From Narcine bancroftii (lineage: Eukaryota): a stretch of 64,000 nt of DNA. Position numbers and translations under genes: made by a program. Shown one piece after another: positions 1-10,498 of this stretch. The notes under the pieces were generated by a model. It had not been told where the DNA came from. It ran no database searches and saw nothing but the letters and a program-made list of their open reading frames with translations. The stretch's first letter is position 1. Each line of letters starts with the position of its first letter. Where the stretch lies: contig NC_091472.1 of assembly GCF_036971445.1 (NCBI RefSeq), positions 175,646,001-175,710,000 of the forward strand, in the 5' to 3' direction.

Positions 1-265
1 AGTAGACTTGATCAGAGAAATAGAGGCAGGTTTAATCAGCACGTGTGAGGCTGAACTTGTTTCTTTATCCCTCTTCTCCCTCTGTTAAATAATTCAATTG
101 TCTCCAAATGGCAGGGCATTCCACATTGTCGCCACTCTCCAGGTAAAGGATTCTGTCCACACCCTCTGTCTGATCTGCTCACCACAGCCATCTTGAATGC
201 TTGCACTGAGATAGCAAAATTCATGCAAATCAATCTCCAGCAGTAGTCTGGGTGAAGAAGGGTGA

Positions 266-349
266 CCACAAAGAGTCTTTGACCTGAAACGTTACATTCA
301 TTTCTCCTCATTAGATGCTGTCTGACCTATTGGGTATTTCCAGCTTTTT
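266..349 (+). mobile_element. Penelope-like element (PLE) 3' pLTR remnant
   Basis: Motif ...gacctgaaacgttaca...agatgctgtctgacctattgggtatttccagc resembles the PLE ends at 37940-38047, 41415-41520 and 53055-53152. Confidence 0.55.
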
Positions 350-1673
350 TAATGGAGTGATGTATACTGGTGTAACTTTCTTCCTGTCAACACAGTAGGG
401 GGGATTGGAGGAAGAAAATCACACTGGAACATACTTATCCTCTCGCCTGTTTTTCAGACCATTAGTAGCATTCTGAAAACCTTGGCCTTTTGTAGTTTGT
501 TTTTCAACAGAAAAGCATGTGATTGGATGGCGTGGGATGCTTTGGAACATTTAATTTTAGGAAACATCACTGATATCTCTCTCACTCTGCAAGTACAACG
601 CCATTCATCAGGCATAACCAATGAGTGTAAAGCTGGAAAGGTCACGGGCCCATACATTTGAAGAGAAATGTTGGAGGCTCCACTGAAATGTGAACAAATT
701 GATTGGTTTGCAGAACACTTTTTTCTCCTATTCACACAATCTTCATACTCAAGGCAGATTTCTATTGTACTATCCATGGTACAATATGTATTAATTTAAT
801 ACAGGATATATCTGTGAATAGAATTGAACAAACAAAGCCCGACTTGTCTTCCTGCTAACATCTGACAGATTAATGTGTCTGGCACTAAAATATTCATAAA
901 TCTGGCAATTCAACAGTTTGGGGAATTTAATAATAATTCTGATCAAAAGGATAGAATAGCAATAAAACCACATCCTTTATGTGTTGAAACATTATTCATC
1001 AGAGTTACTTTTTCCTGATCTAAATGTCGTTACGAGCTACATAAAATGCAAATTGGCTATGGTAACTTATAACATAATATAATTTTGATGTACGAAATAC
1101 CTGGTTTTTAAAATGCAAGAAGAAATTTTACAAATTCAGCAGAAACAACCCGATGATTTCAGTGTACTGTGAATAAATTAAAAGCAGGATACACCATGAA
1201 TCCTTTTCTGAAATGTTTCTCATGTTTTGCTTGCAGATTGCTTTTGTTAGCAATGTGACTGATTAAAATAAATAACAATTTGTATTTCTTCCTAAGTGTC
1301 CTTGCATCTGCTTCTTGCTTTTCCCATTGGCAGAATGCCTGCACAAGTGGAAACTAATAGATTCACAAGGTATATCAGTGTAAATACAGTACAAGCATAT
1401 TCCAGCAATAATCTGCAATGCTACTCATTTCAATTGTCTTAATAAACTGAGCATGTCATAACCTACCAGATCCCTCTGCATGAAGTGTCAGCATATCTCA
1501 TTATTTGGAGTGTGCAGTTCCATCTGTTATCCTTAGTTTTAACATTATATAATTACAAACTGAGACTCATAATTCAATATGGTATACATGTGAAACCATT
1601 TTGTTCCATTACTCCTAATATCCTATTATTCAGAATCTTTGAGAAGGGAACAGGTTAAAGGTTATTGATGACA

Positions 1674-3449
1674 ACATAACAGAACCATGGAAAACTACAG
1701 TGCAGAAAACAAGCCATTCACCCATTCTAGTCTGTGCTGAAATATCATTCCGCTAGACCCACTGATCTGCACCCATTCCCAAACCCTTCAGACCTCTCCT
1801 ATCCACGTATCTATCCAATTTATTCTCAAAAATTAAGAGTAAGCCCACGTTTACCACATCAGAGGGCAACTCGTTCCACACCGCCACCACTCTCTGAGTG
1901 AAGAAGTTCCCCCAAAGTTCTTCCTAAACCTTTCCCCTTTCACCCTAAAGCCATGTCCTCTTGTAATTATCTCTCCTAATCTAAGTGGAAAGAGCCTTCT
2001 CGCAATTACTCTGTCTAAACCCCTCAACATTTTTTAAACCTCTATCAAATCTCCCCCATTCTTCTACGCTCCAAGGAATAAAGTCCTAACCTGTTTAATC
2101 TTTCCCTGTAACTCAACATAGTTTTTGATTTATCAAGGCCCAAGATACCAAAAGCTTTCTTTACAATCCTGTCTACCTGTGATGCCACTTTCAGGGAATT
2201 ATGTATCTGTATTTCCATATATCTTTGTTCCTCCTCATTCCTCAGTGTCCTACCATTTACTGCGTATGTCCTACCTTGGTTTGTCCTTCCAAAATGCCAC
2301 ACCTCACACTTAATGTCTGCATTAAATTCCTTCAACCATTTTCTGTCCCACTTTTACAGTTAGCCCAGATCCCTCTACAAGCTTTGAAAATATTCTTCAC
2401 TGTCCATAACACCTCCAATCTTAGTGTCATCAGCAAACTTGTTGATCCACTTTACCATATTAGCATCCAGATCATTGATATAGACAACAAACAACACAGA
2501 TCCCTGAGGCACATCACTAATCACAGGCCTCCAGTCTGAGAAGTAACCATCCACTATCACTCTTTGATTTCACCCGTGCAGCCAGTTTCAAATCCAGTTT
2601 ACAACCTCTCCATGGATACCTAGTGTCTGAACCTTCTGAAATAACCTCCCACGTGGAATCTTGTCAAAAGCCTTACTAAAGTTCATGTAGACAACATCCA
2701 CAGCCTTTCCTTCATGGTAACCTCCCCGAAAAACTCAATAAGATTTGTTAAACACGACCTGCCACACACAGAGCCATGTTGACTACCCTTAATCACCCCC
2801 TGGATGTCCAAATATTTGTATACCCAGTTTCTCAGCATACCCTCCAATAATTTACCTACTACTGACGTCAAGCTCATTGGTCTGTAATTTTCTGGTTTAC
2901 TTTGAATCCATTTTTTATGACACCTCACCCGTATGGCTAAGGATCTTTTAAATATTTCTTCCAGGGCCCTTGTAATTTTTACACTAGTCTCCCTCAAGGT
3001 CCAAAGGAATATCTGTCAGGCCCAGGGGGATTTATCTACCTTTCTTCGCTCTAATGCAGCAAGAATCTCCTCTTTAATCTCTATATGTTCCATGCCTCTA
3101 CTGCTTGTTTCCCTTCCATATAACACTATGCCAGTTTCCTGAGTATATACTGATGCAAAAAACTGTTTAAGATATCCCCATCTCATGAGGCTCCACACAC
3201 AGACAACCAATTTGATCTTGTAAGGGACCAATTCTGTCCCTTACTATCCTTTTTACTCTTAACATACTGTAGAATCCCTTCAGGTTTACCTTCACATTAT
3301 CTGCCAAAGCAACCTCATGTCTTCTTTTTGCCTTCCTGGATTCCTTCTTAAGTACTTTATATACTCTTCTAGTACCTCATTTGCTCCATGTGGCCTATAT
3401 CTCTATGCACCTCTCTTTCTTCTTGTTAACCAGATCATCAATATCCCTT
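1674..3449 (-). mobile_element. CR1-clade LINE, 5'-truncated, decayed ORF2
   Basis: ORF fragments PENYRPMSLTSVVGKLLE, SCLTNLIEFF, VPQGSVL, INKFADDTKIGG, KCEVWHFGRTN, LGLYSLERRR; CR1-type 3' UTR near 1680-1800. Confidence 0.92.
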
Positions 3450-3699
3450 GTAATTCTATCTTGTTTTATGATCCATTCCTGAAGTTATACTCTGAACCCA
3501 CTCATTCACAATTAGCAAATGAGTGAAGTTCAGGGGGATCGAGGTCTTCTAATGCATGGTCTCGTGAGTTAGCAAGCTGGTCCAACAAGCAGTTTAGAAA
3601 GAAAATTACATTATGATCTATATGGTGAAGAGGATTGGAATTTAAGAATAGGGAGTTTTTGTAAGTGTGAGATAGGGTACAATTTTTCCCCCAGAATTT

Positions 3700-4815
3700 A
3701 ACAAGGATACAGTAGGGGAAGTCCAAAGGAGATTCGTCAGGTTAATTGCTGGGATTGTCCTGTAAAGAGATGCTTTAATAGCCCTTTAAAAGCCTTGTTT
3801 GGTTTCTCTCATGAAGAGGATAAACTTGTGTCTGCATCTAAAGGGAAAGTTTTAGCTTTTAGCACGTTGACAACCAGACGAGCAATTTTAATGAAATGGA
3901 AAGATGATTCTTCACTGACTCATGCCCAGTGGTTTCATGATGCAATGTCCTATTTAAGCGGAGAAAATTAGATACAATGTTATAGATAGAAAGTTTCAAT
4001 TTCAAAAGATGTGGGGCTCATTCATAGAATATTATCACAATTGACAGATTTAAGTAATTTGGATGCTCTGGCGATTCTCTGTCTAATTTCTGAAGGTCAT
4101 TATTTGATTCATATCTTTAATTTTTTTTTCTATCTAAGGTTCCCTTGATTAGAGGGAGGGAGTAGATTAGATTTAGTTTTAGTTTTTTTTCCCTTTTTAT
4201 CTTTTTTTCTTTTTATTCCTTTTTTAGGTTAATTGATTATATAATCACAGTTATGGTTGTCCTAGGTCACATCCTGGTGTCCTATCCCTTTAAGTACATC
4301 ACATATTACTGTGTTATGACCAAGACTTGCTATATTGTAACTCATTTGGTTTCTATCTAGAATTATTTTTAAGAAATAATGTTTAATCAAAATATATGTA
4401 TGGATTTGAATTACATCTTTATTAATTTGTGATATGATATGACATGCTTTTTTGCTCTATTAGTAGATTTTGTATGTAGGATTAATATTTTAAACTCAAT
4501 AAAAAATACTTTAAAAAGAGATGCTTCACATTTTGGGTCTGTATTCTTTGAATACAAGTGGAGAGTGAGAGTTTGGTCATTCAAACCTGATGTGCATAGA
4601 CATTTCTTCTCTCAAAGGATAGTGAATCTCTGGCATTTTCTGCTCTGGTGCTGAAGTCAGATCATTAAGGTACATTTAAGGTGGAGATTGATAAATGTTT
4701 GAACAATTAAGGAATTGAAGATTATGGAGAAAAGGGACAGAAGAAAAGTTGAGATCAGCATGGACCACCAGAAATATATTGAGGGACAGGTGGTTTACTT
4801 TTTCTCCTATCTCTT
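3700..4815 (+). mobile_element. Old CR1 3' fragment split by an L1 insertion (pieces about 3700-3775 and 4527-4815)
   Basis: VQRRFVRLI-like segment before the insert; LGLYSL and RHFFSQRIVNLW after it. Confidence 0.7.
3776..4514 (+). mobile_element. L1-clade LINE 3' end
   Basis: ORF2 C-terminus (AFSTLTTRRAILMKWKD...QWFHD...EKIRY), T-rich 3' UTR, AATAAA near 4498; 12-bp TSD aaagagatgctt at 3764-3775 and 4515-4526. Confidence 0.85.
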
Positions 4816-5128
4816 TGTTTCCTTGTATGCTTGTGTAAAGATTTATTGGAGTAGGCCTCAGTCATTCTTTGGAATGTATATGTTTTGATCATCTTCATGG
4901 AAGCACCCCTTTGTGTAGTCAATAAATCCTTCAAACCTGTATAATCTAATGAAAATTATGTTTAACTTCATTAATTTATTCTGACCAGTACAACAGATAA
5001 GGACAACAGCTTAGACTTTTTATTCTCTCTCTTTTAAACACTTAATACTTAGTTTTTAGTGGAAGCATGAGCAGATCCCAAAGCCCAAACATGAATTTGT
5101 TGTCAATTAGTGATTGAATACTAGGATA

Positions 5129-5283
5129 CCCAACCCCAACCAACCAATTTTCCCCTGCAACCGTTGCAACCGTGTCTGCCTGTCCCGTATCGGACTTGTC
5201 AGCCACAATCGAGCCTGCAGCTGACGTGGACGTTTACCCCCTCCATAAATCTTCGTCCGCGAAGCCAAGCCAAAGAAAGAAAG
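5129..5283 (+). mobile_element. RTE-clade LINE 3' terminal fragment
   Basis: Near-identical to the 3' end of 47716-49229; (aaag)n tail; 9-bp TSD actaggata at 5120-5128 and 5284-5292. Confidence 0.93.
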
Positions 5284-5309
5284 ACTAGGATATCACAGGA
5301 ACTTGCATA

Positions 5310-6184
5310 TACGGTTAAATACCTTTATCCAAATTCCCGAAATTCAAAATGATATAAAAGACAACACTTTTCTAATCCTTGGTCCCATAAGGTAATAGAG
5401 TTCAGATATCTGATCAGAGAGCGGGAGATAGCAGATGTAATAGTGCATTATTGAGTGTAGATTTTTCAATATACCATATATACTCCTGTAATTGTTGATA
5501 CGGTGCAATAGTTAACCACCCTTTTTATGGCCTAAAAAAGGGTGTTTTTTGTATGGCCTGTGTAAAAGTCAACCCCACTATTTTTGGCCTCACTGCCCAC
5601 CCATCTGAACTCCTGACTGCAGATCTTTGTCCTGACACCCACCCATCCAAACTCCTGACCGTGGATCCACCCCCCCCACCCATCCAAACTCCCAACCATT
5701 GATCCTCACCCCGCTGCCCACCCATCCAAACACCCAACCACGGAACCTTGCTCCCACTGCCCACCCATCCAAACTCCCAATCGCAGATCCTTGCCCTGCT
5801 GCCCACTCATCAGAACTCCCGACAGCAGATCATCCCCCCCCCCACCCATCTGAACTCTCGACTGTGGATCCTCACCCTGGTGCCCACCCATCCAAACTCC
5901 TGTCCGCGGTTCTTCGCCCCTCCCCACCCTTCCAAACTCCTGACTCCTCGCCCCTCACTGCCCACCCATCTGAAATCCCAACCACAGATCCTCGCCCCCT
6001 TGCCTGTCCATCGAACTCCCAACTGCAGATCCTTACCCCAGTGCTCACCCATCCGAATTCAATTCAGTTAACTTGTGCATATTTAAATATTTGTATTGTA
6101 ATGTGAATTCAGGTAATTTTAAGTCTGAGTGAATCCGCAGCACTTCTGGTCCCAGGCGTTTCAGATAAGAGGTATTCAACCTGG
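5310..6184. mobile_element. Tigger/pogo-type non-autonomous DNA element (possibly composite) containing a minisatellite
   Basis: Left end tacggttaaatacctttatc is an imperfect inverted match to right end gataagaggtattcaacctg; a second pogo-like end (accatatatactcctgtaa) lies near 5472. Confidence 0.5.
5590..6058. repeat. C-rich minisatellite, unit about 36-39 bp, about 12 copies
   Basis: Recurring ctgcccacccatc(c/t)(a/g)aactcc(c/t)gac...gcagatcct; produces repetitive ORFs on both strands. Confidence 0.9.
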
Positions 6185-6287
6185 ATAGCCAGTGGAAATA
6201 AGAAGTCAATTCATTCAGCACATCAATAATCTCAAGCTCTTGCATGCAATGGGTTAAAAGTGACTGATTTCTCAGTGCATTACATGT

Positions 6288-7341
6288 GTTCTTTGGCTTG
6301 GCTTCGCGGACGAAGATTTATGGAGGGGGTAAAAAGTCCACGTCAGCTGCAGGCTCGTTTGTGGCTGACCAGTCCGATGCGGGACAGGCAGACACGATTG
6401 CAGCGGTTGCAAGGGAAAATTGGTTGGTTGGGGTTGGGTGTTGGGTTTTTCCTCCTTTGCCTTTTGTCAGTGAGGTGGGCTCTGCGGTCTTCTTCAAAGG
6501 AGGCTGCTGCCCGCCAAACTGTGAGGCGCCAAGATGCACGGTTTGAGGCGTTATCAGCCCACTGGCGGTGGTCAATGTGGCAGGCACCAAGAGATTTCTT
6601 TAGGCAGTCCTTGTACCTTTTCTTTGGTGCACCTCTGTCACGGTGGCCAGTGGAGAGCTCGCCATATAATACGATCTTGGGAAGGCGATGGTCCTCCATT
6701 CTGGAGACGTGACCCATCCAGCGCAGCTGGATCTTCAGCAGCGTGGACTCGATGCTGTCGACCTCTGCCATCTCGAGTACCTCGACGTTAGGGGATGAGC
6801 TCTCTGAACCCTTCTCCATTAACAATGGCGTGAAGCAAGGCTGTGTTCTCGCACCAACCCTCTTTTCAATCTTCTTCAGCATGATGCTGAACCAAGCCAT
6901 GAAAGACCCCAACAATGAAGACGCTGTTTACATCCGGTACCGCACGGATGGCAGTCTCTTCAATCTGAGGCGCCTGCAAGCTCACACCAAGACACAAGAG
7001 AAACTTGTCCGTGAACTACTCTTTGCAGATGATGCCGCTTTAGTTGCCCATTCAGAGCCAGCTCTTCAGCGCTTGACGTCCTGCTTTGCGGAAACTGCCA
7101 AAATGTTTGGCCTGGAAGTCAGCCTGAAGAAAACTGAGGTCCTCCATCAGCCAGCTCCCCACCATGACTACCAGCCCCCCCACATCTCCATCGGGCACAC
7201 AAAACTCAAAACGGTCAACCAGTTTACCTATCTCGGCTGCACCATTTCATCAGATGCAAGGATCGACAATGAGATAGACAACAGACTCGCCAAGGCAAAT
7301 AGCGCCTTTGGAAGACTACACAAAAGAGTCTGGAAAAACAA
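6288..7341 (-). mobile_element. RTE-clade LINE copy with 5' inversion
   Basis: 6289-~6790 is the RTE 3' end on minus (LRWMGHVSRM...RIGLVSHKRACS); ~6793-7341 is the upstream RT part on plus (GVKQGCVLAP, LLFADD); 11-bp TSD gcattacatgt at 6277-6287 and 7342-7352. Confidence 0.93.
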
Positions 7342-7459
7342 GCATTACATGTAAAAGCCCCATATTGACATGTAACAATAGAGAGACAAAGATGTAAGAT
7401 ACTAATTAGTGCGCTCTTAGTTAGGCAACATCAGTAAGATGAATATGATAGAATATTTT

Positions 7460-7810
7460 AATAACAGGCTTGGTATGTTAGAAGAGACTGAGTTATTCAC
7501 TCGAGCTGAGAGGAATAAGTGATGGCTTCACTGATACTTACAAAATTCTTAGTGGGCTTGGTAAGGTATAAAAGGAAGAATGTACCCCTACAATAATTTT
7601 AGAATTTCAGGTTTAGAGCCTGAAAATTAAAGTTAGGCCAATTAGGAAGGAAATAAGAACAATTTCTACAGTTTTTGAATTATTTTTCCCAGAAGATTAT
7701 GGAGGCATTAAAAACAAATTTAATTGATTCCTGGATACTGAGGGAGCTAAGATGTAAGAAGATCGAGCAGGAAATGCTTTGAGGATGAACATGTTATTGA
7801 ATGGCAGAGT
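7460..7810 (+). mobile_element. Old CR1 3' fragment (continues at 16452-16520)
   Basis: Degenerate ...gatacttacaaaattcttagtgggcttg... (TYKILSGL) and 3' UTR gttattgaatggcagag, compared with the younger CR1 at 18314-18914. Confidence 0.6.
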
Positions 7811-8138
7811 TTTTAAAAATATTTTATTTCATAAATTTTAAACCACATCTGTAAATATATTTCTTTCAATAAAAACTTACAAAAATTATACATGTGGTAT
7901 ACAAAATTCCCTCCCTCCCTCCCCAAACCCCTCTCAAAAAAGGAAAAGAGATTAAAAAAAAGAGAAAAGAGAAAAAACTGGAGAATTTCAAGAAAGTAAA
8001 GATTTTAATATTATAATGATGCTGGAGGTTACCAAAATTTGGGGTCTTCAGAGAGTCTGTTAAGCATTGAAACTCACATTTTGCAAATATGCCCACCATA
8101 TTTTCCAAATTGCCTGATATTTATTTTGTACATTATAA

Positions 8139-8232
8139 TGTTATGAGCCCAGAGGATCCCAAAACCCAGCAGCAATAGATAGTCACCAAGGCAAATGGTT
8201 ACTTAAACAAAAGATGCTTTTAATTATCTTTA

Positions 8233-8290
<58 letters not shown>

Positions 8291-8867
8291 GTTCAGAAAA
8301 GTTCTTTGATTCACAGTCCAATCTCACTTCTCAGTCCACCAAGTTCACTGAATATAGACAGTTCTTAAATTGCGCACAGAATTTAACATTTATGACGTTC
8401 ACCAGGCTTTGGTGTTTGAAAGGTAAATGGTTACCATTCAGGAAGGTTCTTGTTGGTTTTCAGAGAGAGATTTGTTGGTCGCTGGACACAAACTGATTTC
8501 TTCTAATCAGCCACGTCTTGCTGAAGAAACTTGCCCCATCAGGGTTTTCCAGATGATAACCTTTTTCTTTCAAGTCACCACAGAGTTACTTTTTTCAAGT
8601 GAAACATTAGGCAGCCAGCCCTCTCCTCTTGTATGGACCACAAGGGCTTTAACCAGGCTGAAATAAGCACAGACAATCTCCTGGGCACTCCCCATAGTTT
8701 TTGCAAAGGCTCCCAGGAGCTGCCCTGTCTGGCTTGAGCAGAGCTCCAGTATTTTCAATGAGATCTGTTTGGAAGTGTTTATATGTGACCTACACTAAAA
8801 AACGTGTGCCAATTTATCTTCCCAAAAAATACCTATATACAATAGAGACTCAACATAATCTGTCACA
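8139..8867. mobile_element. Solo LTR (TG...CA) with 4-bp TSD
   Basis: Starts tgttatgag, ends tgtcaca; TSD ataa at 8135-8138 and 8868-8871; cleanly interrupts L1 coding sequence. Confidence 0.8.
8234..8288. repeat. (TG)n microsatellite
   Basis: About 27 perfect TG units. Confidence 0.99.
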
Positions 8868-9650
8868 ATAAGTAATCTCCTCCAGTGGAATGCAGCTATG
8901 AAGTTCTGAATGCCATCTCTCTTTTTTTTTTGAAAATGTTATTTAAAATCATGATAAATCATAAATTAAAGGTACAAAGAAGTACTTAACATTTTATCCT
9001 TTACAACCCCCACCCCCTACCCTAACCCATTCACCCCTCCCCAGCCCCCTCTAAAGTACCCCAAAAAGAAAAAGAAAAAAAAGAAGAGGAGATCACATAA
9101 GATAAAATTCTCAATCAGTTGTTTGCCATGGTTTGGAGCAACAGCATCAGTGTGTCAGAAGAAAATTAATAATTCAATCCCATATATTCTAAATACGGGC
9201 TCCAAGTTTTGACAAAAAAAAAAATTCATTACATAAATTATATGTTATCTTTTCCAATGGAATACAGGATCTCATTTCCAAATGCCTATTTTTCCAAGTA
9301 ATTGCCAAACATTTCTTCGCCACAGCTAGAGCTAGTCTCAAAAAAGTGATGCGAAACTTAGTCGATTTTAACTCCAAGCTCAATTCCTTAATATAACCCA
9401 ATAAAAATAACAAAGGATCAAGTGAAATTTTAAATTTAAAAATAGTTTCTAAAAATTCCTTAATTCTATACCAAAAGGGCCTCACTGTTTCGCATAACCA
9501 AGTAGAATGTAAGAAAGAACCAACTTCCTTAATACATCTAAAACAAAATCAGAAGAAATAAACTTTTATTTCCTTAGTTTCTCTGGAGTTAAGTATAACT
9601 GATGAAGAAAATTATAATGGACCAATCTATACCTTACGTTTACAATTTTA

Positions 9651-10498
9651 AGCCACTTTCAGGTGCAATTGCTCTGAGAATGTGCCTGCAGAAACGGCTG
9701 CGGGTGTATTCGAATGGACATTCAGGTGGCAGCGCTGAAGGCGCTGTTCTGGCACCTGAAAGGGCCGGCTGCAGGAGAGGAGCATCGGAGCGAGTGCCAG
9801 CTCCTGTCGACTGTGGCCGTAGTCCCGCCCGCTGACAGGGCTGGGGTAGCCAGCGCGGGACATCAGGGCAGGGGCAGCTGGCATGGGATATCAGGGCAGG
9901 GGTGGCCGGTGGGGGATGCCAGGGTTGAGGTGGTCGGTGTGGGACTTGGGGCAGGGGCAGCCAGCACAGAACTTCGGGGCAGGGAGCTATCAGGAATGGA
10001 GAGGGGGGCTGTCAGGGCACGGAAAGGGGGGCTGTCAGGCAGTGGGGAGGGGTCTATCAGAAGTGGGAAGGGGGGCTGTCAGGCATGGGGATGGGGTCTG
10101 TCAGGGTGTGGGGGGCTGTCAGGGCATGGGGAGGAGGGGTTGTCGGGTGTGGGGAAGGGGCTGTCGGGCGTGGGGAGTGGGGCTTCTAGGCAGTGGGGGG
10201 GGGCTATCAGGCCGCGGGGAGGAGGGGCTGTCAGGCATGGAGGGGCTGTCTGGCGTGGGGAGTGGGGCTGTTAGGCAACAGGGGGGCTATCAGGGCACAG
10301 GGAGGGGGATATCAGGTGCGGGGAGTTGGGTTGCTGGCTGATTGACATCAGCCCGCCCCCTAGCAGCCACTTTTAGACTGCAGCTTTCAGGTGCCCCGAG
10401 GAAGGTTGGGTACTCCTCAGGCCAGGTTTTGTGCTTTCAGGTGGCCTCCTGACAGCTGCATTCGGGTAGAATATACGGCTTTACATCGGGAAGCGACT
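9651..10498. mobile_element. PIF/Harbinger-type MITE inserted in L1 ORF2
   Basis: TTA TSD at 9648-9650 and 10499-10501; imperfect TIRs agccactttcaggtg / catcgggaagcgact; removing it restores L1 reading EDGMTK|IVNVRYRLVHYNFLH. Confidence 0.75.
9985..10330. repeat. G-rich minisatellite, unit about 19-20 bp
   Basis: Repeats of ggggctgtcaggcatgggga(g), about 17 degenerate copies. Confidence 0.9.

Noticed and set aside
5525-6106. Stacked ORFs with repeated WMGG/HPS motifs; superficially CRISPR-like periodicity
   Set aside because: Translations of a minisatellite; no unique spacers, no cas genes, eukaryotic context.
6260-6915. Long overlapping ORFs, including a chimeric 190-aa one
   Set aside because: Antisense shadows of the RTE ORF and products of the inversion junction; the same shadows recur at 23.6, 40.5 and 48-49 kb.
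9714-10341. Gly-rich ORFs of 152-186 aa resembling keratin-associated or structural proteins
   Set aside because: Read-through of a G-rich minisatellite inside a MITE within an L1.
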